DNA of 64,000 nt, taken from the NCBI RefSeq assembly GCF_018350175.1, contig NC_058368.1, positions 193,318,001-193,382,000 of the forward strand, in the 5' to 3' direction. A program made the position numbers and the translations under genes. Positions 53,336-64,000 of this stretch are shown piece after piece (positions within the stretch are counted from its first letter, which is position 1; every line of letters begins with the position of its first letter). The notes under the pieces were generated by a model, which searched no databases, was not told where the DNA came from, and saw only the letters and a list, made by a program, of their open reading frames with translations. The DNA comes from Felis catus (taxonomy: Eukaryota).

Positions 53336-56300
53336 CTACAAAACACAGCAGGAAGGGATTCATCAATCAGATTAGCAATTAATGCTACAACAGCAATAAT
53401 AATAGCAGCTAACATTAATTGAATGCTTACAATGTACTGAAACTACAATATCACAAACATCCAATGATGGTGGCATTATTGATATACTCATTTTACAGAT
53501 GGAGAATTGAGGCATAGAGAGATTAAATAAATCCCCTAAGGCTACCCAGGTATTAAGCAGCAGATGCAGAATACGAAATCAGCTTTGTCTGATACCAGTG
53601 GTGGGGCAGTGTTATTATAACCCCCCAAATTCAGACGAAATGCTCATTTCACTTCTTCTTCCATAAAGCCTTTCCCTAGATGGAGATTATTTTCTTGTAA
53701 GAATCTTGTGCTGTGTTGAATTTCCTGTCACTGCCATGACAATATCTGCTCCTTGGATGGACAGATGGGTGTAGGTGGATGGTCAGATGGATAGGTTCTT
53801 GACCTTGAACTCCTTGCATGAACCATATTCAGATCCCAGTCCCTTCTTTCCCTGAATATTATGCCTTCTTCCCTAAACCAGTTGAGGACCCAGACATTAA
53901 CTGACCACTCAACCTGGAAGCTGGAAGGGAATGTCAGGGTCATCTGGTCTGATCTTTGACTATACAGAGTGTAAGTTAGACCTAGAAAGGGGAAATTATT
54001 TGCCCAGATCCTGTAGTAGTCAGGTAGCAGTGTTAGGATAGGAACCTGACTGTTGTGAGTCTTTGTACAAACACCTGATTGTGGTTAATCATTAAGAGCC
54101 AGGGTCCCCCCAAACCCTTCCATCCTGAATGTGCAAACTATTTGTAATCATGGTGGTGGTGGTGGGGGGGGGGAATATTTGTGGAAAGAATTATCCAGAG
54201 GTTTTCTCAGGCAGCCAGACATACTACCCAGTGAGGGATAGCTAAGACCAGGTCTTGGTTTAGCCCGAGCTCAGCCTGCAAGTTAACTTGATCTATTTCT
54301 TTATTTTTTAATCATGAAATTGGGGTTAGAACACTCTGCTCAGTTCCTCTCCTGCACTGTTACAAGAAGGAATAAAACATATGAGAAGCACTTGGGCTTC
54401 TTGTCTAACTGAATAAATTTTCAAGGTTATTAAAATCCACATTCAGACATCTACTTAATTGGATGTATGTGCATAGCCGCTCACATATTTTTTTTATGTT
54501 GGGAATAATTAAATGCAAGCACACACAATGAATGCTCTGAAACAGTAGATAGATTGTGAAATTCCAGACCATGGAGCTCAAATACTATTGGGATGATAGT
54601 TTTATTAATAATTTTTCATTACTTTTCCATCTTCTTGTCAAACGGTTTGCTACCCTTTCAACAATAAGATGCCTTCATCAAAAACCTGTTCAGCTTCTAG
54701 TAAACACAAAACAGGCAAATAAAAGATATTTCAAAGCCTACCACATTTAGGCATTGGATAAGAATAGCCTCTGCAAGATGAAATTACCAATTGAAACATA
54801 AGCAACAGATGATAATTGATGACTACTGATTGATAAAAATTAGTAATTTCATATGGTTCAACATATTGCCAACCTTTCCACCCATTTATTCACCTACCTA
54901 CCCGTTGCTCTATCTTCCCTCCTTTCCTGCCTTCCTTTCACAAACATTTATTAAGTGCTTACTATGTACCAAGCACTGCGCTGTGGACAGCGTGGGAAGT
55001 GAGTCATGTGGTACTTGCCCTTCCGGAGGTCCCACTTTACTGGAAGGAAACCCACAGTAAATAGATGAAGAGGTGAATGCCCCCAGCTTACAAACTGAAA
55101 TAGGTGTTATGAGGGTAATGTATAATTTCACTTGGAGCCCATAGCCTTGCTGACCCCATTCTTTCAAAGCTCATTTCCACTCTATTGCCTTAATTCATAA
55201 TCTTTGTGTCTGGAATGTCCTTTCCCATTCTCTCTGATTATTCATCACCTTTATGGCTGAGCTCTAATCCCAGCTACTCTGTATAACCTTCTCTGATTAA
55301 TTAATCCAACCAAGAGATATTTATTGAACATGGACGATATGCCAAGCACTATGCTATGTGCGGGGGCCAACCTATGAATACGAGAGGCAAGGTCCTCGTG
55401 CCCTCAAGAAGCTGAGCTGATGTTTTAGTAGGGATACAGATGGTAAATATATAAACAGATAAGTGAACAAGATTTCAGCACGTTAGAAGCACTACAAAGA
55501 CAGTAAAACAGGGTGATGTGATGGATGGCCTAATCCTGGTGTCTCTCATCTCTAACTCATTCTGAACTTAATGATTGCACTATATAATTTGGTATCTAAT
55601 ATATTGAAAAAGCATTATATTCTAATAACCCAATTCCTTGCTCACAAACCTTCTCTGATTCTTGACTGTCTACAGAATAAACCCCAAACTCCTTAGAATG
55701 CTTTCCAAAGATAGTCACGATCGTGTGTTCATCCTTCTGTCACTGTCTCCCAGTAGGCACTCAGCATCCTTCACCTGGCTTATTAAATCATCCTAGCAAC
55801 CTCAGCCCTCACATGCCCTCTGGGCCTCCCTATATGCCCTCCTTTCCAACTTAATGGCTTTTATCCAGCCAATGTCTACCTATAAATAACCTATCTCACA
55901 TTTGGGATCTTTCCTTAGAGACTTCATTGATTCCCTCTTCTTTCCATGTACTCAAAAAAATATTTATTGACTACCTACAACATACCAAGCACCGTTCAAG
56001 GCACCATGGATACCACAGGGAAGAAAATGAAACAAAAATCCTTGCCCTCCTAATGCTGATATTCTAGTTGGGAGCCTGGAGACAGATAGGCAATTCCCCA
56101 CCTGGAATTTAGAATCACTATCTCCCTCTTTAGGTTAGGCAGGACGTTTGTATTGGACCGAAAAGATCCCAATTCGAATGCTCAATGCCAAGCTGTCAGA
56201 CTGCCAGCCGTTATTAGTTGCAAGCTCGAGACTCACCATTGTCACTAACTAGCTGTCTGAACCCAAGGCAAATCAACCAGTGTGACCATCAGTTATCCCA

Positions 56301-58031
56301 TCTGTAAAATGTGAATGCATGCAGTAAACCGAATGATCTGTAAGATCCTTTCAGCTCTTTGGTCTTGCTTTTTCAGAACAGAAGAATCTAACAGTTGAGT
56401 TAATATACTATACCCTAAAATGCCCACATAAACAAGTCACTTCCTTACAAAACAAGTTTGTCTTTTGACACGGGAGGTAGTTATAAACAGCAGAGGCTGA
56501 AACATAATATTTTGGGGAAAGTTGGGCCTTATAACCAGACTGAGATGGGTTTGACTTCCTGCTTTTCTTATATGCTAGCTGTGAAATCCCAGGCAAGTAT
56601 AGTCCCTTGTTTCTTCATTTAGAAAATAGGGGAACTGATAGAAGCAGTTTTATAGAGTTGATATGAGGATGAGGTGGCATTATGCATGGAGAGGGCTTGG
56701 CATGGTGTCTGGAATGTGGCAAGTGCTCAGAAAATAGTGGCACCAGCTATTGTCTTTATAACAACAGAGGGCAAGTTGTCAGTCTATTAAGAATACATAA
56801 TTATCATTCAGCACTTCTCCCAACTCCTATTTCTCCAATCTTTTTATCAGCTTTGTAGAACAGGGGCCATCATCCTCTTTTACAGATGAGGACACTTATG
56901 CCCAAAGAGGGAAATGACTCAAGAAGGCAGTACTAGCTGGTGCTATAAAAAGCAAAAGTAGGGAAATGCTTACATATGTCACTCTTTGTGAGGCAGGCTC
57001 TGTTCTAGGTATTTTACATGACTAGATTCTTTTCACTCTCACAGGAGCCCTCTGAAGGAAGCTGTAATTATTATTGTGCCCATTTCACAGATCATGAATC
57101 CAAGGCACGGATGAAAAACCTGGCCCAAGACCCCATTGCTAGTAAATACTAGAGCTGGGTTCTATCTCCAAGCCACTCTGTCTCCAGGGTCTCTCTGCTT
57201 AACCATTTTCCTATACTGATTCATTTAACCAGCTTTCAAATCCCTTGACTCCAACCTGGGGAACTCCCATCTCATGGAAACAATTTTTGCTGGCTTCTCT
57301 TTCCAAGAGGGAGGCCAGATCCACCCTTTGTAGAGCAGACTACATAATTAATGCCTTAAACAATCCCCGAGTTTTAAAATCTCCTCTGTTCTGTTGCTGA
57401 GGCCTCTGAGTGATTGCTGAGCTGGTAGCAAGACTCCTGGTGGGGCTCCCAGGGTCTTGAAAGGCCATCAACAAGCTCTGTCATATTGTCAAGTACCTAA
57501 AACTATTATCTTTATCTACTTTCTTGCTATCTCACCTGCATACACTGGTGTCATTCAAGAAGATAGGAGACTGACACAGAGGCCTGTTACTTGTACAGTG
57601 GGTACATGCTCCAGCTCTGATGATGGTGAGAACCATGGTTTAGAGACCTCTGGCTAAAAGCGGTTGAAGTTACAGTGCCCTTTCCCAGAATGTACCATCA
57701 ATAGACTTCTCAGACACATGAGTGTGTTCAAGGAAACAGGAGGAAGAGAAGTGCTTTCTGCTGCTTTGGACTCTTAAGACAGGTCAGTGGGCCAAATGAA
57801 TGAGATGCTGATGGCTAGACCAGGGAGTGACAGAATCCAGAGCTAAACCCAGGAATCTGGCTCTCCAGGCTGTGTTCCCCATGTTCACGAAATCTAAAGT
57901 GCAACGTCATCTCCCTTCTACCATAAAGGGAAACAAGGGGGTAAGTTTTTGGTCAACTGATCTGAGAACAACTTGAAGGCCTACTGTCAGGTCTCTCATT
58001 GTTTGTGCTATTTCATAAAAATTCAGAATGA

Positions 58032-58210
58032 GGGGCGCTTGGGTGGCTCAGTCGGTTAAGCCTCTGACTTCCGCTCAGGTCGTGATCTAGCCGTTCGTGA
58101 GTTCAAGCTCCGCGTCGGGCTCTGTGCTGACAGCTCAGAGCCTGGAGCCTGCTTCCGATTCTGTGTCTCTCTCCCTCTCTCTCTCTGTCCTTTACCCACT
58201 CACACACACA

Positions 58211-58254
<44 letters not shown>

Positions 58255-58277
58255 AAAATAAACACTAAAAATTTTTT
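58032..58277 (+). mobile_element. Felid Can-SINE with (CA)n(TC)n
   Basis: ggggcgcttgggtggctcagtcggttaag head. TSD taaaaattcagaat (58016-58029 / 58278-58291). Confidence 0.95.
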
Positions 58278-58406
58278 TAAAAATTCAGAATTAAAATTTA
58301 TAAATTACGGAATACGAGGAAGTCACCTATCTCATCTAATCAAGAGCTCTCTTTGTCACATTCAAGGCAGAAGGCCATCCAGCCCATTCTTAAACCATTG
58401 CCCTCA

Positions 58407-58832
<426 letters not shown>

Positions 58833-59268
58833 TTAAAATAGAACCCAAGGCTCAAATCCTCATGCTACGTACAATATGCTGGTTAAACGGCCTCGCACAG
58901 ACTACCTCGCTTCTTCAAACTTCAGTTTTTTTTAAGGGCAAAATGGTGATGTTAAAAATTCCTACCTCAGTGTCATCATGAGTGTTAAATGAAAATGTCT
59001 GATACATGGCAAGGATTTTAGAAATATTAATTAATATTGGGCATTTAGTAGCTGCTTATTAAATGTGCCAACCCAGTATCCAAAAGGCACCTAATAACTG
59101 TAAATTCATGAATGTTTGGTATGTATCAATACCTAATACTTTGCCTTTTACATAGTAGGTATTCAATCAGTGGGTACTGAATTAAATTATTCTCTTCTGA
59201 TTTATAGTTAAAGGACAGAGGAGCCTGTTACTCAATGCTACTTTGTTTCGCCTTTAAGACATAAATGG

Positions 59269-59780
59269 TGTCTTAGTTTAGTACTGCTGCTGTAACAAAT
59301 CACCTCAAACTCAGCAGTCTAAAACAACACACATTTATCATCTTATATTGACACAGGTCAGTTTGAAGTGAATCTTCTTGAGCTAAAATCAAGGTGTTGA
59401 CGGGGCTGCGTTTGCGTTCTGGAGGTTCTACGGGAGAACATTTTCTCACCTTTCCAACTTCTAGAGGCTGCTCGCATTCCTTGGTTTATGGCCCCTTCCG
59501 ACTTCAAAACCAGTAGTGACTGGTCAAGCCTGTCACACATCACCCTCTGACACTGACTCTCCTGCCTCCACCTGCCCCATTTGAGAGCCCCTGTGATTAT
59601 ACTAGGCCCACGTGAATAATCCAAGATAATCTCTCTGAGGTCAGTGGATGAACAACATATATCCCATCTGTAACCTTAATCCCTCTTGCCATCTAATAGA
59701 ACATATTTAAGGTTCCCCAAATTCTCAGAGTATAGGCATCTTTAGAGGGGAAGATGGAAGTCAATTTCCTGCCTACTTTA
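59269..59780 (-). mobile_element. MaLR solo LTR (MLT1D-like)
   Basis: tgtcttagtt...gctgctgtaacaaatcacc...aaaacaacacacatttatcatctta...ataatccaagataatctc...ttcctgcctac; reverse-complement counterpart of the 20345 element. Confidence 0.82.
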
Positions 59781-61485
59781 GATGGTTATTTCACTCTTGC
59801 ATTACTCCTCAATCTTTTGTGCGTACATCATTTCTGTCTCCCTGTAACACTGCTAATCCCTCCTGCAGTGACCAATATGGTGCCTGGCATTAAGAATCAT
59901 CTACAGATTGATCGGTTCTGTTATGCCTTCTTGTCACTGTTTCTTTTTTTAGTACAAGTTGTTTGGTGTGCTTAAGCCTCACATTTACTGAAAACGTACT
60001 ACGTGTCTGGTGCCATTCTACTAGCTTTCTTGTTTTCAGTTTACTTAATCCTGTGAGATACGTATCACTATTATCACCATTGCACCACAGATGTGAAAAC
60101 CGAGGCTCAGAGAGATTTAGTCATTGGCCCAAGGTCACATAGCTAGCAAATGGCAGAGCTCTGAGCTCAGAGTTCTGAGACAGGCGGAGTCCTGTCACGA
60201 TCCTGGGTGCTTCTGCCAACCCAGAGGGGACTCTCTATAATCAAAATTATATTTTTCTGGATTTGGGGAAGTAGGTTTGCCCCTTCCAGGCCTCAAGCTT
60301 CAGTAGGCTGTGGGCTGTCATGAAATATCCCTTCTGCAGGCAACCCTCCCAATGACTGCTGTTTGAGAAGGGAAATCCTCAAAATGAGGAGAATCGAGGG
60401 AAAATTGAAGAAAACAGAATGTTTCCGGGTCTCTTCTGCTAGCTCCTGCTCATTGAATAATGCCTGCCTAACACTGCCCAAAACACAGTCTCACAAGCCA
60501 TTGTTCTACTCAAAAGTCTCGTAAGCCTTCCTACAGGAACCTCTTGCAAAACCTCCCTTTCACTCAGGGCAAAACTACCCTTCCTCAGTTTCCACACCTT
60601 GCACAATCCATTTATTTATTTATACCAATAATGACTAGGTTCTGAAGACCGTTTAGTATATAAGGGAAAGGCAGGAGAGCATAATACAACCACCACAGGT
60701 ATCAGAAAAAAAAGAGAAAGTTCCCATTTAAGGATTAGGGGATAGAGAAGCAGTGTTTGAGCAGCTGCAAAAGAGGAAGGATTCGCATATGTAGATCTGG
60801 GAAAGGAGGTGCATTCCAGAAAAGAGGAACAGCATGAGGAAAGATGCAGAGAAGAAAAAGGCATAGGAAACATTTGGAAAATGTGACGTAAAATTCAAAA
60901 TGAAAGTGGGAACAGAACTAGAAGGGCCTGGAGGGGTGATGGTGATGATGGTGATGATGGTGATGGCAGTTAATAAGTATGGAGGATTCTGAGCACTTGT
61001 ATCCCAGGCACTGACAGGAACTTTCTAGTCACCCCATGCAATCCTCACAGCAACTTTAGGAGGTAGAGATTAGGTTCATCTTATGATAGAGATGAGGGAA
61101 TGAAGGCATAGAAAATTTTATCCCCAACTCATTCTGAATTTTAACCCAAACTGAGGCGGAGAGAGCTTGTGCAAAGACAAACAGTGGGAGAGGAGAGGAC
61201 ACAGAATTTAGATTCAGGTTTGTCTGACTCTAGAGTCTGTGCTCCTAACACCTACACCGTAAGTCATGAGCCATTCAATGGAGGCCCTTGGGCTTTGAGC
61301 CTGGACTCAGGAGCCATGGAAGCTTGGCAAGCTGTAGAGTGGCATGGTGTGTTAAGAGAATTACTCTCTCAAAGGATGTGTTTCCACACTGTGAGTTGGA
61401 AATTAGCCATGAGCAATCAGTCCACAGAAATAAAGAATTTATGGATCATTCCTCCCTTGCTTTTCAATGAGGCAGGGAGGCATCA

Positions 61486-61812
<327 letters not shown>

Positions 61813-64000
61813 TTAATAGAAGATGCTGCAAGGAAACTGGCAGATGGTTCCCGAACTAATCCATCCACTGGTTCATCCATCCCAACTCATCATCCTTCCA
61901 TTCATCTATCATCTGGCCATCCACCCATCCAACCAATCTATCCATGTGTCCTTCCAACCTACCAGTCTGTCCAACTGCCTTCCCATGTTACATGTCTATG
62001 CATCCCACTCACCCAACCATCTGTTTAATCCACATGTCTATCAGTCTCATCCAATGTTTAGAAGGTCCCAATTCTATGCCAGACGTTGCCATGCTTATTA
62101 ATGATAAATATACTAAACCATTTTCATATGTTCTCTCTTATGTTCTCTTCATATGTTCCCATTTTCATATGTCTCTTTATCTCTGCGATGATCTTCTTAA
62201 TGTAGAAGACGGATGACTGAATCATTTTTGAAAGGGAAAAACTAAGGCTCAGAAAGTTAGCGAACATGTCCAAGATGGCACATCTAGGCCATATCTGAGT
62301 TGGATAGGTATCTTAACCCCCATCCAGTCATCTTTCTATGACACTGCCCATCGTGTTAAGGCAAAGCATTAACAGTTGTTACAGAATCAAGGAGTTCTGC
62401 CAGCTTGCTGCAGATCCATGTTGAAGAAAACAAGTATTGATGTTCTCGGTTTACCCTTAGCTTGCGGTATACATTTCTCTGTCAGTGTTCACTTTGTGTT
62501 TGTACATCCTGCTAGTTGACTTTTCAGAGCCCCCCAGTGTATCAGACATAGTCACAGCTTAACTGTATGAACACCCCCATGGGAGCCATTTTGCAAGGAC
62601 CCAGTCCTGGATTATGCTTTATTACACTGCTGGTTAGAAGATAAAGTTAAAAAACTAAAGTCATAGGGCCAAACCCCAGGTTGGTTAGCTACTAAACTCA
62701 TTTTAATATGGGATACAGGATGAAGGTTTCATACTCTTCACCCCAGTTGGGTAGGTGACCAACCCTAAAGCTATTTCCCATGCCTGAAATTACCCTCCAA
62801 ATATGGATGGTGAGGCAGATGAGTCATCCTCAATCACAGTAGTCGTATTTTAGGGTACCTTGCTGTCCTTTCACATATATTAGTCTATCTAGTTCTCATT
62901 ATAACCCTGGGACTTTGGCATTATCAGTGCTTTTTTTTTTTAAGATGAAAAGCTGATGCTCTTAGATCTGTTGTTCTCTTTAACACATCGTCTGCTTCCA
63001 TGACCCCACAGTACCTTGTATGTGGGGTCTCAAATTATGCTGTATAAGCATTGCCCAAATGTGTTCCATAAAACCTTATTCAACAAAATGCTCCTTAAAA
63101 AAGAAAAGGCATCTTTGGTCAAATAAATTTGGGAAATGGTGCTCACCTTGTCTGCATTTTGGAGGTGCAAGTTGCACTCTAGTTACATAAAAGATTGTGA
63201 GGGATCCTGTTCAACTTTAACCCAGATCTTGTCAAGTCTGTATGTCCCCAGGATCCTTTGTTGGTGAATACTTTTAACATGTTATTGAAGATCCTCTGGT
63301 CTATGCTGCACTAAAGAATGCAACTCGCCACCAGTACCCAGTTGCCTATTGTGAGTCTTAGTTCTGATTCAATCCCTGGAGCTAATGGGCTTGAAAGTTC
63401 ATCTCTTAAAGATTGCAACTGAACTGTATGAGTCATGTGTCTGATCCCCCCTGAAAACCAGAATACTGTCTCCAGGAAACCGGGCAGGAACACATTAACA
63501 TCTGCTTGCATACCTGCAGTTACTGGGCACTCAGTACCTCTCAAGGTGCCCAGTCCCTGACTGATGACTCTTTGAGACCAGAGGCTCATGGAATATCTTC
63601 TCTGAACCCATATTCCATGGCCCTCCCAGTATCTGAAGGGAGTTCTCATGGACTCTAGGCTTATGGCATTTGGTTTTCAGCAAATCCCTTCGCCCCTCCG
63701 AAGCAAGAGGTATCTTTTTAATTGACAAAACCCAAAACCAAATCAACACAAAACTAACAAAACACAATTTCCCTTCCTTGTGCAAAACCTCTCGTGAGTT
63801 TTGAGGTTTCCCATTGCACACAAGAAACATCTGACTGTAACTCAGAGCCTGAATAACTGGCCCCTCAGAACCTTCCTGCCTTATACCCCTCTCCCTGCTG
63901 CCTACTCTAGCTGCATGGGCCTTGGTTCTATTCCTCGGGGCTCTGAGCTCACTCTGCCCTGGACTCAGCAGCAGCTGCTCCCTTCCTCTATCTGCAGGGC

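Noticed and set aside
61855..62055. Dense CCAT/TCAT cluster resembling NOVA YCAY sites next to exon 3
   Set aside because: It is on the plus strand, so the GRIA1 pre-mRNA reads GGAU/UGAU. It is better explained as a degenerate (CCAT)n or L2-tail repeat.

Overview
Mammalian genomic DNA, most likely felid because of its Felidae-type tRNA-derived Can-SINEs. The whole window lies inside the GRIA1 gene (AMPA receptor subunit GluA1) on the minus strand. Nine consecutive coding exons, equivalent to human exons 3-11, can be traced with canonical AG/GT boundaries: 240, 185, 54, 162, 168, 105, 111, 207 and 371 nt, 1603 nt in total. They give one uninterrupted frame covering most of the amino-terminal domain, the S1 ligand-binding segment, M1 and the M2 pore loop. 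Exons 5 and 9 are missed by the ORF track. The rest is intron, containing 17 Can-SINEs (several with clear target-site duplications, one nested), short L1 3' ends, MaLR/ERVL solo LTRs, hAT MER elements, MIR/L2 remnants and microsatellites. Repeat family names come from recalled consensus sequences, not a search. I see no new protein-coding or prokaryote-type system. The best leads are at the RNA-processing level: a candidate MIR-derived poison exon in intron 10, a tandem GYNGYN donor on exon 4, inverted SINE pairs that could drive dsRNA editing or back-splicing around phase-0 exons, a weak ECS-like segment behind the Q/R site, and a homeodomain/POU motif cluster in intron 5. All of these are untested inferences.
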